From: Proteromonas lacertae
Taxonomy: Eukaryota
Reading direction: 5' to 3'
Length of the DNA: 64,000 bases
Assembly: GCA_002245135.1 (NCBI GenBank)
Contig: NGBS01000590.1
Location: forward strand, 62,001-126,000
Part shown: piece after piece, positions 43,745 through 59,400 of the stretch
Layout of the letters: every line of letters starts with the position of its first letter
How positions within the stretch are numbered: position 1 is the first letter of the stretch
The notes under the pieces: model-generated
What the model was told of the DNA's origin: nothing
What the model saw: the letters and a program-made list of their open reading frames with translations, nothing else
The model's database searches: none
Program-made: the position numbers and the translations under genes

Positions 43745-45327
43745 TTAAAACATTGTAGAAGATCTACTAGGTGTAGGAATTTGACTATTCGAATTACTAA
43801 ATGAAAAAGGCACTCCAGATACCATGGTAATATTCGGAGGTAATTGTTTTATCAAGCAATGCCTTTCTTCACTCAAATTCTTTATTTTAGAAAACATTTC
43901 ACTTATTCTGTCCACCTTTGGTTCTTGCGTTGTTGTTTTTAAAATAGGAATTGGTTCTGGAACAACATAAGGATATTCATTTAATCTATTATTCTTATCA
44001 ATCACTCTTTCACCTTTTCTTCTATCTAATTCACATTCTAACGACAATACTTTACTCTCTAGTTGGTTTATATAAGTATTTCTTAATTCTAAATCTTTTC
44101 CATTTGAATTTATTTCGTTATTTAAATCATTTATTTTCTTTTTTAACTCTTCTTTTTCTATTGATAATTTCTCAACTTCTTCTAATGACATGTTATATTC
44201 TCTTTCTAAATTTTCTAATTTTATTTCACTTCGTTTTACTTCATTTTGACATCTTTCTAATTCAGATAGTACATTCTGTTTATTATCTTCGAAATTATTA
44301 TAATTCTGTTTCATTGTTGAATTTACTCCATAAACAAGTTCATAATTTGATCTTAGCTTAGACATTTCTTCTTTTAATACAGAAATTTCTAGATTTTTCT
44401 GTTTTATTTCATTGGTTAATAATTCACATTTTTGTACTATTACTTTGTATTCATCATTTATATTTTCTCTATCACTGAATCTATTCTGAGCTAGTTTTGT
44501 TTTTTCTGAAATTTCATATGTTAATTTTTCATTAGAAGATTTTAATATTTGATTTTCATTTTTCAATTCTTCAATTTGTTGTCGAGCTACTCTCATTATC
44601 TCATTATTTCTTGTCTCCTTTTCTGAAATATATGTTTTATATTTCAATTTTATATCACTTATAAAAGTATTTAGCTGTTTTATTCCATTCTCTTGGTTTT
44701 TACATATTTTTTTTAATTTTTCATTTTCTGATTTAAATTTTTCTAGTGATACTGTTAAATTTGTTTGGATTTTATTTTGTGTTTCTTTAGCTATAATTCT
44801 TTCTTGGCTATTCAAATTTCTTTCTTCTTTTATCGCATGTTGATAATTTTGAACATCGATTGATAATTGTTTATTCATTGATTCTAATTGGATTATTTGT
44901 TGCTTTAATTGGTTAATTTCTTCTGCAGAGGATGATTTACTATAACATAAAACATATTATTATTATAAATATACTCATTGTTATGTGTAGATTGAGAATT
45001 TGATAATTGTTCTCTAAGTAGTTTATTATCTTGTCTTAATAGTGTTATTTGATTAATTGATGATTTAAATTCCATTTCACTTTCTGTAATTTGTAACTGA
45101 TAGGAATTTATAACAGATTGAAACTGATCAATGTATTCACACAAATTTTCAATTCGATTAACTAATTCTACATTTTTATTATTCAATTCTGATATTTTTT
45201 CTTTGTCATTCTGTACAATCTCTGAATAACTTTGATTCTGCGAATGAAGTATTGAATTTTTGTATATTAAATTTTCAATAGCTAATGCTTGTGTTCTAAC
45301 TGTTGCTTGCAGTTTTAATTTATCCAT
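43745..45327 (-). CDS. Coiled-coil protein of unknown function; 2 exons
   Basis: ATG 45327 (MDKLKLQ) and an intron near 44940-44974 join ORFs 44905-45357 and 43745-44878. Heptad-rich composition. Confidence 0.65.
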
Positions 45328-45521
45328 TGTTGTGAAAAATGAAAAAGAAATATTCAAACTGTTAGCTTGATCAAAAAAGCTTGTTCAAAATAGATTTAAA
45401 TTCATCCTTTTATTTATTATAGAAATAGAATAGCTTGCAAATATCCCTAAAAAAATCAATTATATAAATAAATACATCATTCTAAACGATAAATGTATTC
45501 TTCATGAAATACTATATTAAA

Positions 45522-46699
45522 TTAAATTGCAGCAGCTTGCTCAGTACAGGCAGTACCATAATATCCAGTAAAACAGTTACAAATACCAGTAGTTGTATCA
45601 CATATTCCATTGCCAGAACAAGGCTGAGGAGTAGTTCCAACATTTTCATAATCAACCACAAACTTACCAGCTCCTAACTCAGGAATTGTTTTAACTATTT
45701 CCAATGGTTTCCATTTTACTTCATTTCCACTTCTACTTACTCCATTATCATCAACTAATAGATCGAGCTGAGTAAGTCCATGAAAACCCATTGCTCTTTT
45801 ACCTCCAGGGTATTTATTCTCATCTTCTAAATCATTATATGTTATAAATATTATATTATTCTGTTTCCCAGTTTGTTGATCTCCAAATGTTATTGTTATT
45901 CTGATTATATTTAATTGATGAATAATCTCTATATTCTTTATATCAATTATACCTATCGGTAGTCTTTCGATCACATCATACCAACCAAATATTTTGTTAT
46001 TTTTATGATATACACCTTCTTTACTAACTTTTACTATATCAAATGCATCAGAATACCAAACATTTCCATTAAAATCAGTATATTCAAAATAAACCATAGT
46101 ATTGCTCATTTTGTCAATATCTGTTATATCGGATAAAGTAGTCAATGTTATTATTTGAGAAGAAGAAGATAATGATGAATCTATTGATAGTCCAGTTGGA
46201 CACTTCTTTTCACTACAATCATAACCACTATATTCACCATCACATACACAACCATAACTATGATCTATTAACCACTCTTTATTGTTATTATTTTCATCTA
46301 ATTCTATTCTTTGACTTGTTCTATCTTTTGAATTTAAATATTTGAATGATGTACAAATACCATGTCCATTACATTCGTTTGGACAACTTAAACGGTGGCA
46401 AGCTGCGCCACTATAACCTGAATAACATTCACATACCCCTGTCTCTCTATTACACTTACCTTGACCAGAACATTCTACTAAATCTGAACCTTTCATATTA
46501 TCCATTAATGATATGTCATAAGGGCATGTTCCTAAATACATTATACAATAGAAATTATACTCAAAGAACAATCTGATTCAATAAAGCCAGGAAAACAAAT
46601 ACAATTACCAGAACTACTACAGGTTCCATGTCCATTACATAAATTAGGACAATATGAATATATAACTATCAAAAGAAAGAAGAAAAAGAGTAATTTCAT
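45522..46699 (-). CDS. Second mastigoneme-family (Sig1/Ocm1/Mas-like) EGF protein
   Basis: Signal peptide MKLLFFFFLLIVIYS, CPNLCNGHGTC, DCSL|RTCP (intron 46532-46560), VECSGQGKCNRETG and YGCVCDGEYSGYDCS..CPTG. Also YTDFNGNVW and terminal CSGNGICDTTTGICNCFTGYYGTACTEQ. Confidence 0.75.
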
Positions 46700-46731
46700 A
46701 ATTATGAAACGGATAAATTTCTAATAAGTTA

Positions 46732-47649
46732 ATGTATTTCTTAATTAATTGCTTAGATGGGGCAATATCATCTATATTTACATCCAATACAAAAGTATTT
46801 GAATTAATTAAAATTTATAGATAAAAGAAAAAGATATTATATTACCAATGAGATTAAAAGGGAAGATCAGAAAATATATAAACATTGATGATATGAAAGA
46901 AAAAAGAATATTAAATTTTTTGGAACAGAACTCATTGTTGGATTGTATTTCATCTCTTGTTTGTTTTTTTCAAGTAGAAATAATCAGAGGTAATAGAATG
47001 ATATTAGATAGAATCTATTACATAAGAGATTTAGAAGAGGTAATTTACAGTGAATGCTTTTCAGATTGTGAAATATGTGTTATAATATGTAAAATTTGTG
47101 ATATATTGATGATATTAAATGAATATGATGTAGTGGTATATAACTTGAAGAGTTCAAACATAATAATCGACAATGAAAAAGTAAAAATATGCGATTTGTT
47201 GCTAAATACTTTGAGAAAAGAGAATGGAATATATGATATAAATTTTAGATCTCCTGAAGAGATAAATGGTTTTAAATGTAATGAAAGAAGCGTAGTTTGG
47301 TCAATTGGCTGTATATTATTGATGCTGAAATTATTCAAGTATTTTTATGAATATAATATAATATATAATATGAATAGATAGTGGGATGAGTGAGAATGGG
47401 TTAAAAATGTTGATAGAAAGATTAAAAAATTATAAACCACTGGAAAAGATAGATATATCAAGAAAGGAACTAGATGAAAGAGAATTAACAATGATGAGAG
47501 GAAATAAAGAATTGTTTTATTTTTTAGATGAATTATCCATTACACTAGAAAATATGCATAAATGTGAATTGGAATCATTGTTAGAAACATTTTCATTAAT
47601 TGGATTAATAAAAACAAATGGAATATTAGTAGAAGAAAAAAAAAGATAG
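46732..47649 (+). pseudogene. Pseudokinase + LRR gene, copy 2 (larger internal deletion)
   Basis: VYNLKSSNI, KICDLL, SPEEINGFKCNERSVVWSIGCIL and ELDEREL match copy 1 at 16631-17794. Frameshifts are present and the first LRR block is missing. Confidence 0.6.
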
Positions 47650-47799
47650 TATCAAAAGATTTATTCAATATTTATTTATGTCTTCCTTTCTGTCCTTTTA
47701 CCAACACTATAACCTGTGTAATTGAACCAACAAATGATTTATTAATTTATTCCAATATTTACTGTTTAACATAATTACTGAAATATACAAATGTAGAGA

Positions 47800-50250
47800 T
47801 ATTTCTATACATCATTCACATATATTGCACTACAAGCTAAATTTTCTATCTATATCTCTTATATCTTCTAGAAACATCCAATTACATCAAAAAAATATAA
47901 ATTATCATCAATAACATATTCATATTACATTTCACTATACACAACACAAACTAACAATAAAACTTAACATTCATCATTTATATTATCATACCATATACAA
48001 TATGCAAAAATAGATCAGAATATAGTATTATTGTCTTCATCTTACCTTCTGCACTTGAATTAAATTACATTTTAAGTTTTGGGTTATTCAAAATTTTGAT
48101 AAAAATCAAATTTCGTTATTTTTGTTTTATATTCACATAAAGATGATAATAAAAGTGAATAAAGCATAAGAGAAGATGGGTATTTAATATATTTATTTTT
48201 ATGATAGATTATGTCGAAAACTGGTCGAAAGTGGTTTTGGTGATATAGAAGTGAAGATTGGAGATAATCGAATAATGTCAATCAAGTCAATTCTAGTGAA
48301 TGGAAATGAAACTGTAAAGAAACTGTTGTTAGATGGTGAGTTTGTTGGAGTTTTAGAGTTATATGAAGAAATCGAAGAAATCGGCTATTATGAGATGGAG
48401 AAATACTACAGTGGTGGTGAACTGATAATCAGTAAAGAGAGTGTGTGTGAAGTGTTGATGTTTTGTTTATGTTATTGTGAAAAAGAGATAATAAATGATT
48501 GTTATGAATTTGTGAAGAATAATATAGATGATGAAGTATTAATGAAATTAATTCATATATGTAATGTATTTGGTGGATGTTTGAGAGAGATAGAAGAATT
48601 GAAAAATATGGAAATAGAAAAGCGAGGATATAAATATTTATATAAGAATGAATATTTGTTGAGATTAGAAATGAATAATTTGATTGAGATATTAAATATG
48701 AGAGATGTGATAATAGTGAATGAGTTATGGTTATTAAATCGCTTATTAGAATGGTATAAATTCCAAAAGAATAAGAATGATAATAAAGAGATGCAATTGA
48801 TAGAAGAAGATATTGATTGTGAAAAGATAAAAGAGAAAGAGATAGAAAAAGAGAATAAAGAAATGTTGAAAGAAATGAAAATAGAATTAAAGAAAAATGA
48901 ATGTAAAAATCATATAGAAATATATTTAATAAAAGATGAGAGAATTCAAAATGTAATAATCAACAATTACAATGAAGATAATGAAGAAGAAGACTTTAAT
49001 GAAGAAGAAAGAAGAATATTGGATAAAATGAAAGAAGAAGAATTGAATGATGAAATAATGTGTATATTAGAAATGAATAATATAAAAATGACCGAAATAG
49101 TATTGATGATAATGAAATATAAAAATGTAAAAATGGAAAGTATAAATACTAAAAATATATTTAAATAGAATATATCTCAAATATCGAAAAGAGAACTATG
49201 TTGGATAGATTATGTATGGAATATAATGAGAATAAAAGAAATCGAACAATGAAATGTTTATGTTTGTTTGTTGATGATAGAAAGAATATTTCAATAATAG
49301 AAGAAGTATGTGGAAAAGAGATTCTTTTTAGAATATTGAATGAAGATAATAATTTAAACTCCAAATCTAAAGAATTATTAATCAAATATATAAAAGAAAT
49401 TAAATTGAGTTTTGAAGAAGAAGAAGAAATGATAAAAATAATGAAAAATAAAGAATTATTGGAAGAATTAAAAACAAAAGAAATCACATCATTTTCATAT
49501 CCTCAATTAGAATATTTATTTGGATTAAATGAAGAAATATCAATAATTCCATCATTTGCTGGAAATCGATGTGAATTTTCAATCAATCCTTCATTATCTG
49601 ATGGTTTAATGATTAATAAAGAAAATGGAATAATTCATGGAAAAATAGAAAAAGAAATTGAAAAGAAAGGATATGAAATAAGTTGTAAGAATATTGTAAA
49701 TGAAAAGAAATTCAAAATATCATTAGAATTTGTTGATATAAAATTCACAGAATTAAACAAAGGTTATGGAATAGAAGTATCAGATAATGGGAAAATAATT
49801 ACTAATAGATTCTATGATCATCGTCATTGTTATTTGAATTTGAAAATGGAAAATGGAATTTATCATATCAAATATAAATTTCATCAAAATGGAAGTGAAT
49901 ATGATAGTATAATGTTAGGATTATCAACTGATAATACATATTCTGCAATTAATATTTATTATCAATCAACAACATGTAATTATTATGCATGGAATAGTAA
50001 AAGTCAAGATATTAATGATTATTGTCATATTGGAAGAATTGTTAATAAAAATCCAAATTTCAACAATCATGGAGATGGTTCAATTTATGAAGTGATTGTT
50101 GATATGAATAAAAGAGAATTTTGGATAAGTCATAATGATTCATATCCTGTTTTACTTGTTAAAGATTTACTCTCACCATTATATCCTTATGCTTCAGTTT
50201 GTGGAATTAAAACATCAATTGGATTATTATCAGTTTCACATCAAAATTAA
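47800..50250. repeat. Inverted dispersed duplication of about 2712-5170, including about 330 bp upstream of the gene
   Basis: For example, ttggatgtttctagaagatataagagatataga at about 5101 is the reverse complement of tctatatctcttatatcttctagaaacatccaa at about 47850. Confidence 0.85.
48143..50250 (+). CDS. BTB/BACK + Ig + SPRY family, copy 3 (close inverted paralog of copy 1)
   Basis: Highly similar to 2712-4841. Intron 49140-49168 gives in-frame MEKYISNIEKRT. One A is missing in exon 1 near 48160. Confidence 0.8.
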
Positions 50251-50493
50251 TCATCTTTCCATATATATTGTTTATGTATTGTATAGTATTTGATTCTTAT
50301 TTCACTTTAATGATGAATTAAATTAGAAGAAGATGTGAGTATATTCTCAAACTACTATAAACCTTTCGATTATTTTTGATATTTCTTTTTATTAAAACAA
50401 TTATGAAATGATATTTTTAATACAAAATGTTATTTTCCCAAATATACAATATTCATAAAATAAAATCATAAATAATGGATTAAACAACAATTT

Positions 50494-53400
50494 TTACTTT
50501 CTAGTTTTTGACTTTCTAGCACCTCCTGTGGCTGTTTCTGTTTCTACTCCACGAATATAATAGATCCAAGGACCTACACTATTATCATCTTCACAACTTA
50601 CTATCATCTTACTTAATACATCTTTACCACCTTTACCATCTTTACTTCCTGCATATTTCACTGCTAATTGAACTTCTTTCTTTTCAGGAATGGATTGTTT
50701 ATTTGATCCACCTGTAAATAATGGATTTTCAAAATAAACATCAAATGTTTTGGTGGTGGAAAAGATATTCTTAAATGGAACACTGATCTGTTTGCCTTTT
50801 CCTACTGTATATGGACCTAATGGTTGAGGTGATAAACATTTTCCAAATAATTGATATTTATATAAACCACCTTGAGGAGAATCGATTTTTAATATCGCTT
50901 TTACATCACCTATTTGACATGGTTCATAACTCACTTTGGCGATTGATGCAATTCCATCCCAAGTTGTTGAACCATTTACTTTCACTACATTCTCTACTGT
51001 AAAATCTTTACATCCTTCGATTGTACATTTATATTCAGTATTTGCTGGACAATAACTAGTAAATTTGATTTCTTCTACTATCTTACCACCTAAACCACAT
51101 GACATATTATATCCTCTTTCATAACCACTTTCTAATGCTTTTAGTTTCAATTTGTAGTTAAATTCACCTAATTCGTTTGTTATTATTGTCACATCACATT
51201 CACTTTCACCTGCTAATAATGGTCGATATTCGATTGAATAACTTCCATCTTTATGACCACTTAATTCTTTACTTACTGATAATCGAACACAAGGATTGGA
51301 CGTTTTATAAAATGGAGTTGGAGATGTGATTATGGCTGTTGGAGGTAATGGATTATTTATTGTTATTGTTTGTTTTGCTACTTGTCGAACATGAGTTACT
51401 AATTCATAACTATTCATTATATCAGCATTTGTTGCATTGATGGTGAATTGATAGAAACAATATTCACCACTTTCTTCACAGATAAATCTTAACATTATTT
51501 CTGTTGCACCTGGTTTATAAGCTAAGAAATTCAATTGACATTCTCTTGAAGCTAAAGCTGGAATGTTTATTACATTTGGAACTTTTATAAATGTTGAATT
51601 ATTTGGTAAATCACCAAGTTCTACTTTGAATCTTTGAGCTGTTTTCATCCAATTATATACTGGTAAGGATATTACAAAAGATTTCTTACATGTTGTTTCT
51701 AATTCAATATTTGAAGGAATTTCCATTGGTTGAGGTAAAGAACAAGCTCCTAATAAATTATAATTCACTGTATTTCCATCAGGTAAAGATATAAATAAAC
51801 TTCCTTTATGAGGATTATTCCAATTAAATCCTGCATTTGTCTCTTTCTTTCCTTTCTTTCCTTTACCATCTTTTCGATTTCCTGCTTCAGATGGAGGTCG
51901 ACTGGCATTGGCTGATAAATCTAATTTTATTCCATCACCATTATAAGTTGTTGGTTTGAATATTACAGTATAATCTACTGTACCTTTCGCTGGAACTGTT
52001 ACTGAAGGATTTCCACTAAATACTTCATTTTGAATCGCTGGATGTAAAAACCAACCATCATTTGTTGGATTACTTAATTTGATTATTTGACTATTCTCTT
52101 TTCGAACTTCACATTCAAATCTCAATTCTTTATCACCTGCTTCTGGTTGACCTACACAAGAACCTGATAATGTCAATCTCAATGGTTCACTTGATCCTTC
52201 TATATCACAAATCAAATTATCACATCGAATATCATTACTCAAATTCTGAGGAGTAAACGTTATATTTAATGACATTGGAGTATTTGGTAGTAAAGTACCT
52301 TCCACTGGAATTATGGAGAAATTTGGAGCAAATTGACCTGCATTCCATCGGAATTTGGTTCGTTTATCACCTTCATTACTTAATAAGATCTTTCGAGTTA
52401 CTGATGAACCTAAACACACTGCTCCAAATTGTAATAACGAGGTTTCTATCACTACATCTACACCTTGACAAGCTCCTTTTACTGTAAAGAATGATAATGC
52501 TTCACCACCATTGATTTTTACATTGTAATGATTCTCAAATGCTAATAATCTTTGATTTGGATGGAAATTTATATCTAAACTAATCACTTGTTTTGGTTTT
52601 ATTGTTATTTCACCTTTTGGACTTATACTTACACAGTTTATATCACCAAACATTCCTTCATTTGATTCATTTACTACTTCGAAATTGTATGTACATAAAC
52701 TACGATTGATTATTTCTATACTCTTATTATTCTCACTATTCACTTCTACTTTACCAAAATTGATTACTTGTTTTCTCAAATCTACTAATTCTAAATGTAA
52801 TTGAGATCCTCTTCCTCTTATTTCTACTGTTTGAGTACTTATTCCACTTATTTCAAATACTACATTTTCATTATATTCTATCTCTTCATATGGAGTGAAA
52901 TAGATTGGAACTTCTACAAATTGACTAGGAGATAATGTTGTTGGTTGGAATGGAACTTCTAATACTTGACTCTTTTGATATAAACAATTCACTGTTATAT
53001 CTCTTTCAGCTTCATTGTTTGAGATTATTAAAGTTGTTACAGCTGGTCTTGGACTTACTCCATTCGCTAATACTGCTACTGCTCCAAAATTATATTTATT
53101 AAAACTGAAATTCACTTTAGGTGCAGCTGCATAACCATTTAATAACATTCGATATTTCTTTAATTCACCTAATGTCACTTCTAATTTTAGATTGTTTATT
53201 TCTACTCTTCTCTTATTACCAACTGGATGGAAGATTATTTGACATTGACCTGTTTCACTTCCATTTACTGTTGCTCTTTCTGGAGTTATGGTTATATTTG
53301 AATCATTCACTCTACTCCATTGATAATCAAATGGGAAATTTCCACTATTCTCAAAGTTTATTGTTTTTGTACAAGTTTCATTTAAGAATATATTACCAAA

Positions 53401-56400
53401 ATCCATTATATGTGTTTCACTTGGACTTATTACTAAGTTTGGTAATACACTATCACCATCTTGAACTATCACTTTATCATGTAATGTATAACCTTCACCT
53501 TTTACATTCAAATTCAATTTAGATGGTTTCTTATGGATTTGTAATGAGATGTTTGTTGAGAAATATAATTCATCTGTTGGAGCAAATGTTACTTCAATTG
53601 GAACACTTCCATTTGGAGGAATTGATCCAGTGGATGGTTCAATCTTTACTGGAGAATCAGATCCAATTTGACTTTTATCAAATGTATAAGCAAATGGAAT
53701 ATGATCATTATTAACTAATTGGATTATCTTTGTATTTGTTCGATGTAATAAAACTGCATTGAAATTCACTGCTGGAGGATCTAAGAAGATTTTTGGTTCT
53801 TTTACTACACCTGCTATTAAGAATAAAGCAGAAACTTTATGAGATGGAATATTAAATCGATAGAATGCTTCTTGAATTCCAGTTGTGGTTGGAGTAAATT
53901 CGAATTGTAACATTTGTTTCTTACCAGACATTAATACACCTGTCTTTTGAACACATTCAAAAGCTTGATTTGGCATTCCAACTGGAATAAATTCAAATCC
54001 TAAATTCTCACCTGTTGGATTTTCTACTCCAAATTTCATTGTATTCTTAACATGAGTTCCTAATGATTCGATTTCTATCACATGAATATCAGGATCTAAA
54101 CTTCCACCTAATTCACCATCTTGATTGAATAATCCATCACTTCTTCGACTTATATAATCACATGGAGGAATATCAAAATGGCATAATGGTCTCATTGATC
54201 TACCACTTATCTTTATTAATAATGGTTCTTCTTCTTTAGGTAACATTGGAATATTCGCATTGGCTGTATAGTTATAATAATCATCATCTAATGGTTCAAA
54301 TAATACTTTAAAGTGTTGACTTTTACTTGGAGGAATACTGATTGTATCTGGTTCAATTTTGAATGGAATTGGTATTTCATCTATTTCAGCATTTGAATTT
54401 ATATTTCCATTTTCATTATCAAATGTCCAATGTAGATCTAATGGAGTTTCACTTTCATTTAATACATCAAATTCATATTCTCTCTTTTGATACATCAAAG
54501 TATCAGCAAAATTGATTGATTTACATTCACATTGATATTTTGCTGCATCTGCTCTTATACTACAATACAATGAAATTACATGTGGTTCTTCATTCTCATT
54601 TACTAACTTGAAACTAGGTTCAGCAATTGTTTCACATACTTCTATTGGTTCTACTACATCAGCTGCTAATGGTGGATATAATGGAGGTGGAATATAAACT
54701 GGCATTTGAGAAGGTAAGGCTTTCTTTGGTTGATTCTTTCCTCCTTTTCCTCCTTTATTTGGGGTTTTGGATCTTGGTGGAGGAACTGCTTTTTTAGCTG
54801 GAGTTTTCTTTCCTTTTGCATTCTTGGCATTTTCTTTCTGTTTTTCTTCATTCTGTTTTTGTAATTGTAAATATTGTTCTTTTGTCACATATTTCACTGT
54901 TTTCATTGAATTATCCCAATCATTTATCACTTCTTCACCTTCTTCTTTACTTTCTTCTAATACAATCTCTTGAACTTCTACTGTCAATTCTTCTTTTTCT
55001 AATACCAATGCTTCTGTTGTTTTGAATGTACATGTCACATCTTTTGTTGTATGAGGATGCATATGACCAGAAGATGGATTGAATCTGAATGGAGTATCAT
55101 CTTGGAATTGGAACTTTATTAATTTATCACTCAAATTCTCTATTTGGAATGAAACAGATTGACCATCTTTATTATTATTCTCACCTTCTACTCCATCTTC
55201 TTCATTATTTGTTATATAAAATGGATAAAATTCCATTTCATTATCTTTATCATTTGGTAAACCATTAAATCCTATCATTTCTTCTAATCCTTCACCTTTC
55301 AATATAAATTCACTCTTCTCATATGGATTGTTTTGAACATACAATGACATTGGTAATTCATATTCTTTCTTTCCTCGAGGATTGAACGAAACTGTATATT
55401 CCACTTTCTGTTTTGGTTTTAAGGTTTGAACTTCACCTGCATCAGGTCTTACACTGAATATACCACTTACATCCATATTCACATGACATTTTGCTGTTAA
55501 TACACCACTATTCTCTATTAAGATCTTTTGACTCTTCTTTTTACCACTTCTTATCTTTCCAAAATCAATCATCAATCTTCCATCATCAGCTCTTGTCTTT
55601 GGATCAACAATTTGTAAAGATGGTAAAATACTTGAACCTCGAACATCAAAATTCAATTCACCTGTCTTAGCATCAGAACTGTCTTTTACTTTCGCATTAA
55701 ATGTTGCTTCATAACTACCAATCGATTGTGGTTTAAAGAAGATTGTTACATATTGATATTCATGTGGTGGAATATCTACTGTTGGTGGAGATACACTGAA
55801 GATTTCTGGAGCTACACCTGCTTTGGGAGTTATTTCGAAACTTACACTACATTGTATTCTTTGAATATTCGTTATTCTTATTCTCTGAGATATACCATCT
55901 GGTTGAGATGTTGGTATAACTGTTCCAACATAGAATAAATTATCTTTTACACTGTAAATTGAAACATTTTGACTTGTATCTAATGTACTTAAATCATTCA
56001 ATACAGTTTGTTCTTCAAATATTGAATCATAATTCTCAGTTTCGATGGATGGATAAACACTTTCACCTGTTAAGATATAAGTCAAATCTTTTGCTATATT
56101 TGGATCGATATTACTTATATTAAACATCAATTTTTCTAAAGCTGATTTATTACCAACTGCATGATAAGTTATTGATACTTTCTGAGAGGAACTTGGTTCA
56201 ATTTGGAATTCTGCAGGATTTATACCAAAATCACCTACTGTTAAAGCAGCTGCCATTTCTTTTTTATCTCCTTTCTTACCTGGAAGAGATTTCTTTTGCA
56301 CTGGTGGAGCTTTTTTACCTTTTCCTACTGGTTCACTCGATGGTTGAGCTTCTTGACTCATATCAATTGGATTGTTTATATCACTAATCTTACAGATAAA

Positions 56401-59400
56401 TGGAAATTCACCATCATTCTTTATATTCAATTCTTTCGTTTTAGAATCATCAAAATGTAATGAACCAAATGATATACCTCCTGGAGGTAAACAGGAGATT
56501 TTACTATATACACTTCTTACAGATATACATATTGGAAATTCACTTATCAATTCTTGATTCTTTAAATCAAATATTCGACATCTTATATCTTTATTACTTT
56601 CGAGATTTACTTCATAATCACTCTTAAAACTAAACTCCACTTCTTGTTTATCACCATCCATTATTACACCAAATGGAGGAGTTAATTTGAATAAATGTTT
56701 TAACTCTTTACCTTTACACATGAAGTTATATTTTATATCATATTTACCTTGATTTTCTAATACAATTGATTTCTTTGGATTTTCACATACTTGAATTAAA
56801 CCATAATCAATATTATAGATTGTACTATTATCATCTTTAGCTTGAGCTGCATCTTTTACTAACAAAGCTTTTACTACATAAGTTTCACCTTTCACATTCA
56901 CTGTTATTTTCTTTTGATATTGAGTTTGACCTGCATATTTATCATTTTCATTATCAGCTATTAAGATTTCAAATGGCTTTTCTTCTAATACAAATTCTTT
57001 TATCGCATTGTAAGATACTTGAATTCCACAAGAACTATTTGGTTCTAATACACCTGTCTTGGGATTTATCTTTATTTCTTCAATATTCTCTAATTCTAAT
57101 GGATTTATTGTGAATTTTATTGGGATTTTACCTGTGTTTATTAAATTAAACACTTTATTATCACTATGATTTATCAATACTCGATCAAAATCAATATAAT
57201 ATGTTCCTATCTCTTCTACTTCATATATTGGCTCATTACTTACTACAGCTCCTGAATTCTTAGATTTTCTATTTCCTTTCGCACTTGTTGGTTTCTTTGG
57301 AACTTCTTTCTTTGCTTTTGCTTTATTATCTTTCTTTTTACCTGCATTTGGAGTCTTCTTTCCTCCTGCTCCTCCTTTTACACCTTTACCTCCATTTCGA
57401 CTAGCTGATCTAGCATTCATCTCTTCTAATTGTTTATTACAATATTCTTCATATTCTTCTTCATTCATTAAACCTTTTATATCAATCTCGGGCATATAAC
57501 CTGTACATTGGAATGGTAACATGAATGGACTTGGATTATCTTTATAACATACTACTAAATTGTTTGTATATTGAATATTCTCTACTGGAAATGCCCAAAT
57601 ATCAACTGTTTGTGTTTCACCTGCTTCAATATCAATTTGGGTTGGTTCTATTGTGAATATTCCATCATCATTTTGCATTGAAAAATCAACTCTTGTGGAA
57701 AACATTCCATTATTACTGAATTGAATTGTTTCACAATTACTAGCTTTTAAAGATGGATTGTTTTCTCTCATATTTATATTTTTACCTATTAATAATGGAC
57801 CAAATTCATAATATCCTTTGTTCTTTATATATCTCTTACTTATTATTTGTTGTTCATTCTTTTGTTTTGTTGATTTCATGAATATATCTTTCGGATTTTG
57901 ATTAATCTTTGGATAATCACAAATACCACTGATTGGAACTTCATACGTTTTATTTTTATTAACTATCTCAAAGTGGAAACAATAGTTAAATTTACCAGTT
58001 TCTAATGATTCAAATGTCACTTTCAATGGTAATTCTTGATTAGGTTCTAATTTCCATCTTGTGGCATTATTTTCATCTATTAATTTATAATTACTCGTTG
58101 GTATTAAAGGTTTTCTTGGAATTGGCTTTTTAACTAATTGGAATACTTCTGGTGGTGGAACTTTCCAATCTCCATAGGTATTAAACAATGGAACTGTTTC
58201 TTTGATTTCTTGAATCATTGTATCAATATCACTTTCACCATTATTATTGACTATATCACATAATAAACCAACTCCAAATGGTGGAGGAGGAGGTGGTGGT
58301 GGTTCTTCTTTTTTACCTTTCTTTGAGTTTTTATCTCCTTTCTTATCAATTGATTTACTTCTTTTTCCTCCTTTCTTTGGATCTGGTGAAGTTGATCTTT
58401 CTTCTACTACTGGTTCTGGCTCTGGAGCTTTTTCTTCTACTGCTTCTACTACTTCTGTTGGTTCTGGTGGTGGTGGTTTGGGAATTCGAGTTTCAGCATT
58501 CTCTTTACATTCTTCAAATAACTTCAACATTGATTCTTTCATTTGGAAATAACTTCCATTTAATACTTCATTTGTAAACATTGTCACTAATTCTTCATCA
58601 GTTGGTCGATGTGGTGGTAATTCAGGTTCTGGTTCTGGTTCAGGTGATGGAGATTTCTTACCTTTTTTACCTGGACTCTTTTTACCTGAAGGAGTTTTCT
58701 TTCCTTTCTTATCTTCTTTTTTACCTTTCTTTTTATCATCTTCAACTGGTGGAACTACGACAGGTTCTGGAACTGGAACTGGTTCTTCAGTTGTTACTGT
58801 TGTTGTTGTTGTGGCATTACCATCTATTAAAGCTTCACTTCCATCTGTTGCTAATTGAGAAGTTGATTCTTCTACAACTGGTTCAGGATTGTTTATTTTC
58901 CATTCTTCCACCATTCGTTTTACTAATAAATCAGCGGCTGTATCTACTGTTAATACATTTATACCTCCATATTCTTTTCTACCAACTATTGACATTACTC
59001 CTTTTATTCCTTCCAACACATTCTCAATATATTCATATGTATCACTTATTACTATTGAACCTTTCGCTAGTTCATTTCTATCATAATATTCTTTCACTAC
59101 TGCTTCTATTGTTACTCCATCAAAATATACTGGAGGTAATTCAGTTTCACCTTTCTTTGGTTTCTTTGGAGCTATTTTCTTTGGCTTCTTTGGTGGTTCT
59201 TCACTTTCCCATACGATTACTTCTTCTCTTCTTAAGATTTTAGCTATTAATATCCATCCCATTGGAGTTTTATTCTCTATCGCATATTTGAATATATCAG
59301 ATATATTAAACATTGGTATTTCATAATATTCAGCTAGTTTCTGGGCTACAGAGTGTTTTCCACTTTTATTTGGACCAATTAATAATAAATTTCGAGTATT

